This document shows, piece by piece, positions 49,605 through 62,810 of a DNA stretch of 64,000 nucleotides. Position 1 is the stretch's first letter. Each line of letters starts with the position of its first letter. Made by a program: the position numbers and the translations under genes. The stretch covers positions 20,522,001-20,586,000 of the forward strand of contig NC_043018.1 in assembly GCF_006345805.1 (NCBI RefSeq), given 5' to 3'. The stretch is from Octopus sinensis (lineage: Eukaryota). The notes under the pieces were generated by a model. The model saw only the letters and a program-made list of their open reading frames with translations. It had not been told where the DNA came from and did no database searches.

Positions 49605-51989
49605 TACATATATAATCACACTCATATACGATTGTGATATCATGTTATAACTGATCTGGATCTGTGAAGTCCTGTGGCCTCATGGTTAGGGCGTTACACC
49701 CATGATGGTGAGATTGTGGTTTCAATTCCTGGTCTGGGTGATGCATTGTGTTCTTGGGCAAAACACCGCATTTCACTGATCATTTCTCTGATCATTTCAA
49801 CACCTGATGTGTGGCACATGGTACACCTGTACAGGTAATGTTGATTTGATGGAAGGAGTGAGCTTAATGTGTACACAAACATTTGATCACTGTAAGCAAA
49901 TCATCTGTGTGGTTGTTCTGCAATAGGAGAGTCCTCCTCCACCACCGTCATCATCGTCATCATCATAACCAAACTCGGACATCATTACTGCAAACTGCAA
50001 GCCTTTACATGGTTTTCCTCGGAACATTCCATACGCATTCATGTTTCTGAACACACACAAACACACACACAGTAACACATACAATGTAACAAGGCTGGTC
50101 CTTTGAATTTCCAGGTGCAGCTCATTCATGCCAGCTGAGTGTACTGGAGCAATGTGAAGTAAAGTGTCTTGCTCAAGGTCACAATGCATTGCCAGGAATT
50201 GAACTCAGGACCTTACAATTCTGAGCCAAATGCCTTAACCGCTAAACTATGTGCCTTCACAAGGAAGAACGGGAGATAGCTTAGTTGTCCATAGATAACT
50301 TTAAAAAGATGGGATGGTCATGGCTGGAGTGACATTAAGCTAGAGCAAAGCATCAACAACAATAATGGTTAACTGAAATAAATGATAATTACCAGAACTA
50401 TTACAAAAATCTGGATAGTAAGGATTCAGTTCAGGATTTTTTTTATTTAAAGCTTCCAGGTACTTTGCCTTCCAAAACAGCGGATTGTATTCTCTGTCTC
50501 CTGAAAATGTAAATTCAGTTTAATGATTAATAAATTACGGAGGTGTACTTGCATAGCAAGTGATTTGATCTGAGATCGTGTGCTGAAACGAAAACAATTG
50601 CAGCGTGGAAGGTGTTTATAAGCCATTTAAGAAACAAACAAAAGCCGTTCGATTCACTTCAACATTTAACTCTTTTACTCTTTTACTCTTTTACATGTTT
50701 CAGTCATTTGACTGAGGCCATGCTGGAGCACCGCCTTTAGTCGAGCAAATCGACCCCGGGACTTATTCTTTGTAAGCCCAGTACTTATTCAATCGGTCTC
50801 TTTTGCCGAACTGCTAAGTGACGGGGACATAAACACACCAGCATCGGTTGTCATGCAATGCTAGGGGGACAAACACAAACACGCATACACATACATACAT
50901 ATACATACATATATACGACAGGCTTCTTTCAGTTTCCGTCTACCAAATCCACTCACAAAGCTTTGGTCGGCCCAAGGCTGTAGCAGAAGACACTTGCCCA
51001 AGATGCCACGCAGTGTGACTGAACCCGGAACCATGTGGTTGGTTAGTAAGCTACTTACCACACAGCCACTCCTGCGCCTATTTAAGTTTAATTTGTCAAA
51101 ATATTTTCGTCGCTTTAAGACCGCGACCTGTTCACTGACAAAAATCTGTGCTGCATCTGAGAAAGTAACAGTTAGTTTGTTATATATATGTACGTATGTA
51201 TGTGTGTATGTATGTATGCACGCATGTATGCATGCATGCATGTATGTATATATGTACGTACGTACATCTGTGTGTATGTATGTATGTATGTATGTATGTG
51301 TGATGCATGCATACATGCATGCATACATACATACACACATACATACGTACATATATATATATTTCTTTACTGCCCACAAGGGGCTAAACATAGAGGGGAC
51401 AAACAAGGACAGACAAAGGGTGTAAGTCAATTACATCGACCCCAGTGCGAAACTGGTACTTTATTTATCGACCCCGAAAGGATGAAAGGTAAAGTCGACC
51501 TCGGCGGAATTTGAACTCAGAACATAACGACGGACGAAATACCGCTAAGCACTTCGCCCGGCGTGCTAACGTTTCTACTTTCTCAGATGCAGCATGGATT
51601 TTTGTCAGTGAACAGGTCGCGGTCTGAAAGTGATGAAAATATTTTGACAAATTAAACTTAAATGTTGAAGTGAATCGAACGGCTTTTGTGTGTTTCTTAA
51701 ATGGCTTACAAACACCTTCCACGCTGCAATTGATTAATAAATTATTTTTGATAATTATTGCAGCTTGTAAGGTGGAAAGTTGGAAGAATCCTTGGCAAGC
51801 CAAGTGAAATGCTTAGCGGTAATTTGTCAGTCTTTACATTCTGAGTTCAGATTCTGCCTAGCTTGACTTTGCTTTTCATCCTTTCAGGGGTCGATAAAAA
51901 TATGTAACATTTGATCTTTGGCAGGTTGATGTAATTGACTTAATCCCCTCCCCTTGTGCCAAAATTTGAAACCATCATCATCATCATCA

Positions 51990-52026
<37 letters not shown>

Positions 52027-52501
52027 TATTATCATTATTATTATTATTATTATTATTAATATTATCCCCTGGCACCTGTGCCGGTGGCACGTAAAAAGCA
52101 CTCACTACACTCACAGAGTGGTTGGCGTTAGGAAGGGCATCCAGCTGTAGAAACACTGCCAGATCAGACTGGAGCCTGGTGCAGCCTCCTGGCTTCCCAG
52201 ACCCCAGTCGAACTGTCCAACCTGTGCTAGCACAGAAAACGGACGTTAAACGATGATGATGATTATTATTATTATTATTATTATTATTGTAGGTGGTGAA
52301 CTGGCAGAATCATTAGCATGCTGGGCAAAATGCTTAGTGGTATTTCATCTGCCACTATGTTCTGAGTTCAAATTCTGCCAGGGTTGACTTTGCCTTTCAT
52401 CCTTTTGGGGTCGATTAAATAAGTCAATATAATCTGGGGGTTAATGTAATCAACTTAATCTCTTCCCCCAAATTTGAGCCCTTGTGCTTCCAGTAGGCTG
52501 G

Positions 52502-52544
<43 letters not shown>

Positions 52545-55500
52545 TATGTTTGACTTTTGCTTTACATTTGTAGAAGTTGGCTCCAAGTCTCACCCAGAGA
52601 TCTCAGGAGGCAACAGGCTGCAAGTTCGTATTGTTGTTATGCCTAGGGTGCCAGAATAAGTACTAGGCTTACACAGAATAAGCTCTGGAGTCGATTTGCT
52701 CGACTAAAGGCGGTGCTCCAGCACGGCCACAGTCAATTGACTGAAACAAGTAAAAGAAAAAAAAGAATGAAAATTGAGCTTAACCTTTTCAAACTGCAAG
52801 TGTGCTATATATTCCTGGAAGACACAAAAAATGGTGACTGAATGCTTTTGTGTTTATGACTGAAAATAATTATGCTTCTACTAATTAGTGAACTATAAAT
52901 AGAAAACCATGTGACTGCCTGCTTTTGCGTCTCTCAGGAGTATAGTCAAAGAGTGTAGGCTCAACATGTTCTGAGCTGAAGTGAAAAGCATTGTTGTATT
53001 TCTGTCTTTTACCTTCAGTGTTTATTAGAAGAACTCAAAGCTAAAACTTACCCAGGAAGTACAGTTTTAATGTCCGGCAGTCATTCTGGAGATTCATAGG
53101 TTCGACTGATAAATGCCAGGCTTCCGTTCTTAAAGCTTTTGCTACGGTGTTAATTAACTCCACTCTGGGAAAGAAAAAGTCATTTATTAAGGATGTATAT
53201 TTGAAATACGAGTTGAAATTTCATTGATATTGATTGAGATGCACAAGGGGCATAAACAAAATAAATTTATAGTTATTGAAATACACACAAACACACACAT
53301 AGTTTGTTTCCTTTCCCCCTCCCCACAATCTTACCAAACACCAGCCCCACCTACGTTGCCCACACCAATGTTCTCCCTTAGTCGTGTGCTTTGTTGACAC
53401 ATACATTTTTTTTTTTTTCATAATTGTCACACAAAAGGAAAAAATGCGCTTGCATGAAATTTTCAAATTAGAATCAAATTTTGTTAATTGAAGAAATTAA
53501 TCAAATAACTGCTAAATAAATTAACCCTTTCGTTACTGTATTTCTTTTGAGATGCTCTGTGTTTCTTTCAATTATTTTAAATATAATAAGGAATTTAGTA
53601 AAATAACTTAGTTATCATTAAGCTAGTGTTAGGAACATAAATTGCAACTAAGGTTTGGTGGAAGATTTTAATGAAAAACCTATGAAAACAAGACATTAAT
53701 ACTACAGAGCCAGAGCCGGTTTTGGCTGGGTTGGTAATGAAAGGGTTAATCTACACACTTAAGAATGGTGTACATTTTCTTAGGGAGCCAATATCGATAT
53801 GGCATTTGAGCAAAGATTACCTGCATGGATCTGCTTACACTTGGCAAAGGGAAAATTTGCACACAAGTAAATTTCTACAAGGACCAACAGCAAGAAATCA
53901 GAGAGAACATTGGTCCACAGCAATTCTAGTTGTATTTGGAATCGTTTATATTTCAATCAATTGGCCAAATTCTTTTCTTATATGAATTTGAACGAAAGTG
54001 TCAATCAAACCAACAATTTCAACTTGATACTTTGCATTAATTGAAAACTGACCAATCAAAGTAACTCCACAATAACCATCTTGGTGAGCCTAGTAACATC
54101 CAATAAAAGACCCCATTTAGTGGGATTTTGCTTGGAAAGAATTGCTAGCTGTGTGTGTGTGTGTGGTTGTTTTAAGAACCGGTTTTATCAACATGCACAC
54201 TCACTTTCATACTTCTTTGCTTCCATACAACAACCAGTCTAAAGAACATTAACAAATCTCTGTTTCTTAGCTAATCTACTCTTCAACAAAACTTCTATTT
54301 CAGAAACAATTTAGATTAGAAATTTCGTTAACGCATTGCTGCTTACATATATTGACTTTTGACTTCATTGTTCCATACCACTACTCACAGTAATTATACC
54401 TAATATGAATAATTATATAATAACAAAGATCATATGTGTGAACTAATATAATTCACTGCTTAAATAGACACACGAAACTTGATTGCATTTTTATTATATT
54501 GCTTACATACACAAGAAATGAAGCTCTTTGTTAGAAAAGAGCATCTCATTAACTATTTCTGTAAAACCGGTCAGACTGACACGTATCGATATAATGTACT
54601 TTTGAATGAACAAAAATGTTGTTTTACACACAGTCACCTCTCGTCAATTTTTTCTTCAGAAATATCCTCCACACAACAACTTATTTTACTTCTTTTTGTT
54701 TAACCCTTTCGTTACTGTATTTATTTTGAGATGCTCTGTGTTTCTTTCAATTACTTTAAATATAACAAAGAATTTAGTAAAATAACTTAGTTATCATTAA
54801 GCTAGTGTTAGGAACATAAATTTCAACTAAGGTTTGGTGGAAGATTTTAATCCAAAACTTATGGAAACAAAACATTTGTACTCAAAGCCAGAGCCGGTTT
54901 CAACCAGGTTGATAATGAAAGGGTTAACAGAGAAGCCAGCCTCAGGTTATGTCAGACTGATGATTTCTAACAAGAATGAAATGGTGCTACACATGACTGT
55001 CTATGACTAGAAATCTTTGTAATGTATATGAAAAGATTAAATGTGTACATTCTATAGTGTTCTTAAAGAGTGTATTGGTGATAGCATGAACAAAGTGTCA
55101 AATGAAGAAATGATGACCTGAACTGCAGTGAATAGGAAACTGCTTTATGAGATAAGGGCCAAAGCAACTGAGATTTCTTGGTCATGTGATGAGGAAAGAG
55201 GACCCAGGGAGAGTTTAGTGAAAGAAAAAAGAAAGAAAAGAAGCAGAGGAAGAAGAAAGATGATCTGGATGTGAAGCTTGAGGAAATGGTTGGAAGAAAG
55301 AGACATTAAACATCCGGAAGTGGGAACTGTTCTAGAAAACGAAGAACAGAGAACTGTAGCAGGACATGATCGCTAATGTCCTACACTCTGGACATGGCAC
55401 CTAATCTTTATATATAAAAGTGAGGTTGTGTGCTGTCTGTCTCCTACGATTTAGATTCCTAACTACTCCCACATTTTGCGGTGCAGTTTAACCAAAACCG

Positions 55501-57020
55501 GGTATCTTATAGTCGTCATTCATATCGAGCCCTTCTGGGTATTAGCGTGCATCTACGATGAGTCTACGATTTAAAAAAAAAATTTACCATCAATTTTTCC
55601 CATTTTTAATGCATTTTTGGCACATATAAGGGAAGTAACTCTCTAAAAATTTATCATTAAATCTCAGAACGTAAAAAGCTACAGTAACACCCCGCCCCCT
55701 TTGTGGTTAGCCATATTGAGATGGCTATTATACTTTACATCTTTAAAAATACTCATATAGTTATTTCCCTTACAAACCCGAGCAACGCCGGGCAATACTG
55801 CTAGTATTCTATACATATTATTCCTTTGTCTTTGATTTAATATCCAAGCTTTTAATCTTGCCAAGATTTACCTAGAAATCATTATCTCCCTTACGATAAC
55901 TAGCCACCAGGGGGCACCACATAATGGATAGAAAGCATTTCTTTTTCCTTTCGATTTAGGTTAAACTATATATAAACTCTTCACTGCTGACATAGTTCTG
56001 GTTATTAAGCTAACATTTTCATAACTTACAAAAATAAACAAAGATAAAAGGTGATATAGTTGTATAATTACTTGTCAAATGGCTTATTTTTCCTGTATGA
56101 TATTTCAACGAAGGGTTGCTTCAGAGGGTAGATATCTGCACATGACATAATTTTTTCTCCTTGATTTTCTGAGAAGAACACGAAGGATCGGCCATAAACT
56201 GGAAAAACACAAACAAAGCAAAACAGATTACAATTAAAAGGGATTCATGAAACAACATTCTTTTGTTGATTAGAAGTTAAACAGTTTATATAGAATGGTT
56301 GTATACTGTCAATCTAACAAGAACGTGACAGTAGGGGGTACACCATTGCTGTATAGCCCTAGGAAGCATCGAACGCCTCCTGATAGCTTTGACACATTTT
56401 TTTTCCCTGTGTCCTTATATACATATACGTATATGTATATAAGGACACAGGGAAAAAAAAATGTGTCAAAGCTATCAGGAGGCGTTCGATGCTTCCTAGG
56501 GGTATACAGCGGTGGTGTACCCCCTACTGTCACGTTCTTGTTAGATTGACAGTATACAACCATTCTATCGCCCCACCACCGTACATGTCTCTACAAGAGA
56601 TTTAGAAATTCAATATTTCTTAGTTTATATAGTACAACATCAAAACCACTGTATAATGGACACATCAGCCTTTTAAACACACACACACACACACACACAC
56701 ACATGCACTGTTGTTGGTTTTGTTATTGTTTAGCTTCATGTTGGCCCTGATTGAACAGACTTATGATCAATGGCATTCCGGTTATCGCTCTCACATCTAT
56801 ATTTCAAGTGTTAGAGTACTTTTGTTAACATTATCCATCGTGTTTTTCTTAAGATAGTAGGGTGTAATTTGAGTGAAATTTGGCTCGTATTTCTATCACG
56901 TCTATCAAACCACTCAGGGACGTACACCTAGATTCGTGTATATTCTTTTGGTCATACACTGATCGTGCTATAAATATGTGTTATTTTTTTTTTTAAATAA
57001 TAATAATAATATTAATAATA

Positions 57021-57073
<53 letters not shown>

Positions 57074-57870
57074 GCTCTGATGCAGTACCAGGCAATGGCT
57101 CTCATGGCTTCTGATCTTAACTGATTGGAAGTATTATCATGTACATTGTTTTTGTCTTGGTATAAAAGATGGGCTACAGTAAATATTCTGCTCAATACCA
57201 CAGATTTGCTTGTCAGTTGGTTGACCTTAACCAGTTGAGCATGTCCCTTAGTGGCTGACGATATGTGCATCTCTGATCACGAGCAGAAGTAGTGGGGGAG
57301 CATCATAGCCATGTGTTGAGAGGGATTCTTTGGGGTTTGAATAATTCACCTCTGGAAACATGGGTGGTTCTTTCAACATCCTTAAACAACCCTTATTCAG
57401 GGACCTTTTGAGCGGGATGGGTTACTCAACCTGAAGAAAATTCTAACTGGGCCCCACCTGCAAGGTCATATGCTGTTTATCTTGATATGAGATCACCATG
57501 TCGCGCACATATGGTTGTGATGCATGTGCCTGGTGTACCCTTATCAGACGGGTAGTCATGATGGGTATATTGGGCTTCGTATATTTTACCCCAGTGTCAC
57601 TTTGATGGCATGAACTGCTCTCTCACTCAATAATAATAATAATAATAATAGTAATAATGATAATAATAATAATAATAATAATAATCCTTTTTTTACTATA
57701 GCCACAAAGCTTGAAATTTTGGTGGGAGGGGGCCAGTCGATTAGATCGATCCCAGTATGCAACTGGTACCTAATTTATGGAACCCCGAAAGGATGAGAGG
57801 CAAAGTCGACCTCAGTGGAATTTGAACTCAGAACATAGCGACGGGCAAAGTACTACTAAGCATTTTACCC

Positions 57871-57904
<34 letters not shown>

Positions 57905-58539
57905 GATGATGATGATGATGATGATGATAATAATAAGCCCTGATGCAGTACCAGACAGTGGCTCTCATGGCTTCTGATCTCAACTGATTGGAAGTGTTAT
58001 CATGTACATTGTTTTGCCTTGGTATAAAAGATAGGCTACAGTAAATATTCTGCTCAATATCACAGATTCGCTTGTCAGTTGTTTGACCGTAACCAGTTGA
58101 GCATGTCCCTTGGTGGCTGACGATATGTGCATCTCTGATCATGAGCAGAAGTAGTGGGAGAGCATCATAGCCGTGTGTTGAAAGGAATTCTCTGGGGTTT
58201 GAATAATTCACCTCTGGAAATATGGGTGTTTCGTTCAACATCCTTAAACAACCCTTATTCAGGAATCTTTTGAGTGGGATGGGCTACTTGACCAGAAGAA
58301 CATTCTAACTGGGCTCCACCTGTAAGGTCATGCGCTGTTTATCTTGATATAAGATCACCATGTCGCACACATATGGCTTTGATGCATGTGCCTAGTGTAC
58401 CCTTATCAGACGGGTAGTCATGATGGGTATACTGGGCTTCGTATATTTTACCCTAATGTCACTTTGATGGCATGAACCGCTCCCTCACTCAATAATAATA
58501 ATAATAATAATAATATAATAATAATAATAATAATAATAA

Positions 58540-58570
<31 letters not shown>

Positions 58571-60308
58571 GGGAAGAAGAAGAAGAAGAAGAAGAAGAAG
58601 GGAAAGAAGAAGGGGAAGAAGAAGAAGGGGAAGAAGAAGAAGAAGAAGAAGGGAAAGAAGAAGAAGAAGAAGAAGAAGAAGATGAAGAAGAAGAAGGTGA
58701 AGAAGAAGAAGAAGAAGAAGAAGAAGAAGAAGAACAACAACAACAACAACAACAACAACAGTAGTTTCTACTTTAGGTAGAAGGTCATAAATTTGGGAGA
58801 GCAGGTTAGTTAATTGCAATCAGCTCCATTACCTGATACAGAAATCAATACAGCAGGATATCAATTTTTTTTTTTTTTCTTTATTCTTAAACGAGACAAA
58901 CTGACTTAAAAGGAATTTGCTTGGATACTTGCCTGACCATTCTCCAAAAAGTGGTAGATTTCTATCAACGTAGAGGAAACCATTTTCTCCCAGATTGTAA
59001 GTGTCGTGTTTAGCCGATAAATCACCAACAGCACATCGTTCTTGATTGCTAACATCACATTCACCATAACCATTCTAAAAGAGAAAGAAATCAACAGGTT
59101 ATCTATGCTTCATCAGTTCCAGTAAGTCCCCAAAGTCATCAAATGCCATCTACATTCTGCAGCTTGACCATCACTCGTGAGTGGAAGTTGCTAGCTTGAC
59201 CCACACTTTCGTCAATTATTTTAAGACTAGCACTATGACCCGGCAACGCTGGATCAAAATTCCACCAGGACACCCGATGAAGGCTGGAGAGTAAATCAGC
59301 CAAAATGATGTGGCAACAACAAACAAGATGAGGACAGATATCTGTCCAGTGTAAATAATGTTCAATAGAATTGCTTTCATACTTTCACTCCATGAATTTC
59401 CAAAGCTTGGTTCAGTTAAGACTAATAGAGAGTGGGTCCCGTAATTTAGATAGAAGCTAACTGACCTTTCTATGTTCATATTTCTCCTGATGAACCTTTA
59501 ACCCATCCAGTCACCCTTCACATTTTCAAATTAAATCAAGGTCCCACAAAACATCATTAAAAATACATCGAAAATTGTGGGATAGCCCTCAACTCTTCTG
59601 TAATCTCATCATGGAAACAAAGGTAACCTGAAGCATTTGCTATCTAAATACAACAAAATATAAAAGATATGTCCTTGCATATAAGCTTGTCCCTTGCATC
59701 CCTTTCTAGTTGAGTATTCCTAATCTTGTGGGATCATGGGTGCTATGTAAAAAAGCACCCATACCAGTGTGCCATGTAAATGCAACCATGCCAGAACAGC
59801 TTAAAAGCACCCAGTACGCTCTGTAAAGTGGTTGGCATCAGGAAGGGCACCCAGCTGTAGAAATTACAGACAAGTAGCCCCACTACTCGTCAAACCACCC
59901 AACCCATACCAGCATGGAAAATGGACACTAAATGATGATGGTGATGATGATGATGATGATGATGATTAACTTAACACTTTCTTACGTTGGTATTGACATC
60001 AAATGGGTTATACAGTTTTCCGATGCGACTACATGACCTCTGTACAGCTTCTGCAGTATTTGCCCTCCATTCATCCTCCATCTGATGACCATGCTTGTTG
60101 TCATAAGCTTCGGTGTCATTGCGTTCGAACTGCTGTTCCCGTGTTGGATTGGAATAGATCCTCCATTTGTGATTTTTGGTCTAGAAAGAATTTTTATGAA
60201 TTCGTAAAGAACATTTCAATGGAATCAGTGGAACACACTTCATTTGAGACATTCATTTGGCAATAAATAAATAAAGAAATCTCAACGAATAAATCAGTAA
60301 ATAAATAT

Positions 60309-60351
<43 letters not shown>

Positions 60352-60457
60352 GAAGGGAGGAAGGAAGGAAGGATGAAGAAAAGAAATACTGCTAAGCATT
60401 TCGCCCGGCATGCTAACATTTCTGCCAGCTCGCCGCCTTGTATAATAATAATAAATA

Positions 60458-60511
<54 letters not shown>

Positions 60512-61234
60512 TATTATTATTGAACTAGCTTACAAAACAACCACAATTGGACTGGCCAAATATCTCGAAATATCGAATGACTGGATGCTAAAGCTCGTGG
60601 AAAATCACGAGAGACGAAAGAAACTTCATTCTATCATAAAGGAAAGCAAAAAATTTGCTATTGATCTCGTGCAGGATACCCAAACTGAACAACCCAAGGG
60701 AAGTACGGCAACTATTGTTGCAAAGAAGGTGAAAATGATGGCAATGAAGAAAGCGCACGAGCAATTGGCTGATAGGTGGGAGGAGAAACCTCTGCACGGC
60801 AAATATGTGACCCGCAGCAAACAAGCTGATGTTGACCAGAAGCAAACCCATCAGTGGCTACGGAACTCAGGGATAAGAGCAGAGAGCGAAGGTTTCATCT
60901 CAAGGCGGTTACAATACCAGTGATCATAGGAGCACTAGGAATGATCAAGAAGGGAACCGAAAATTATATGAGAATGATCCCTGGCTTACCATCCCTGCAA
61001 GAAGTGCAAAAGATTGTCTTAACTGGTACATCACACATATTGAGAAGAGCATTGTCGATGTGAGAACTGTAGCTGCTCATGTATTTTAATTTAACTTAAA
61101 AAAAAAAAAAAAAATGAACGAACTACTGAGTTTGGTTTAATGGCCTACCAATGTATGCTATGAGTTTCTTTGCCCTAGGAGTCGGGAAGACACTCGGCAA
61201 GAAATGGAAGCAAATTTGAAAGAAGAAAAAAAAA

Positions 61235-61277
<43 letters not shown>

Positions 61278-61321
61278 TAATAATATTAAGGATAATGATG
61301 ATAATAATGATAATAATAATG

Positions 61322-61362
<41 letters not shown>

Positions 61363-61949
61363 GGCAGATGACAACGTGTCTCTAAAAGAAATGGAGAAAC
61401 TCTCAAAATACAAAGACCTGGAAATAGAGGTAACTAGAATGTGGAATCTGAAAACAGAAACAATTCCTATCATAGTAGGTGCATTAGGCATGATAAAAAA
61501 ATATTCAGACAAATGCATAACAAAAACACCAGGACTTACAAACACATATAACATACAGAAAATTGCACTACTAGGCACTGCACACATCCTACGCAGAACA
61601 CTTTCCATACAATAACCATCAGAGCATCACAACAAATCACAGCACATACCCAAGGCACACAGAGCTGCGCTCGGTAGTGAAGTGAAAGCACGCTATAAAA
61701 ATAAAACTACTGAATAATAATAATAATACAAGTACATGGAACAAATAGGGGTGGCAATAAGGGTGGACCATCATCTTGAGAAGTATGTGGAACAAATAGG
61801 AGCTGCAATAAGGGTGAAGCACTTGCAGAAAACAGCACTGTTTGGAACCGCTCGAATACTCCGGAAGGGGCTCGAAAAATAAGAGGTGTTACTTGTAGCG
61901 AACAGCTGACACTGTAGTACATCTCCAGCATTAGAAGCTGTGCAAAGGC

Positions 61950-61988
<39 letters not shown>

Positions 61989-62221
61989 CTATTTGAAAAT
62001 GATTCCAGGCTTACCATCCCTACAGGAAGTGCAAAAAATCATATTAACTGGAACGGCTCATGTACTGAGAAGAGCACTATCGCTGTGAAAATAACATCCA
62101 TCCATATTTCTTTTAATTTTTATCTAGTTTCAGCTCACAAGCTGTGGCCATGCTGGGGCACCGCCATTTTAGAAAATATGGAACGCTTCACGAATTTGCG
62201 TGTCATCCTTGCGCAGGGGCC

Positions 62222-62254
<33 letters not shown>

Positions 62255-62425
62255 AATATGTACCGCCGTGAATTTATTTATTTATTAATTTTTTAAATAC
62301 ATATTTTATCTGTGAATTTGCGCGTGTAATCTGGGAATGCATACAATGAGCTTCTCTGCCCTAGGTGTATGGAAAACACTCAGCGAGAAACGGAAGAAAA
62401 TTTGAAGAAAGAAGGAAAAGCATAC

Positions 62426-62458
<33 letters not shown>

Positions 62459-62486
62459 TGATGATGATGATATAATAATAATAATG

Positions 62487-62544
<58 letters not shown>

Positions 62545-62775
62545 TGATAATAATAATAATGATAATAATAATAATAATAATGAATAATAATAATAATAAT
62601 AATACAAACTGTTGCTGCTCATGTATTTTAATTTAACTTAAAAAAAAAAAAAAAAATGAACGAACTACTGAGTTTGGTTTAATGGCCTACCAATATACAC
62701 TATGAGTTTCTTTGCCCTAGGAGTCGGGAAGACACTCGGCAAGAAATGGAAGCAGATTTGAAAGAAGAAAAAAAA

Positions 62776-62810
<35 letters not shown>

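Larger units (their letters stand above)
61988..62425 (+). mobile_element. R4/Dong-like element 3' end, fourth subfamily, interrupted by the U6 chimera
   Basis: [29 protein letters not shown]; 3'UTR resumes after ~62275 and ends in (TAA)n. Confidence 0.78.

Noticed and set aside
53821-53925. Minus-strand candidate exon ending at CAG|GTAATC
   Set aside because: Weak acceptor; the only open frame is phase-incompatible with the next exon and has no family motif.
54507-54558. Extra minus-strand exon ([16 protein letters not shown]) of the SOD-repeat gene
   Set aside because: It has plausible splice sites but starts in phase 1, whereas the upstream exon ends in phase 2 and already joins 53164 in frame.
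58923-58929. Canonical GT donor (CAA|GTATCC) instead of the GC donor
   Set aside because: It adds 4 nt and frameshifts the GRSF motif exon.
62173-62272. Functional U6 gene
   Set aside because: The 5' stem-loop is incomplete, there are no upstream type 3 Pol III promoter elements, and it is embedded in a retrotransposon 3'UTR.
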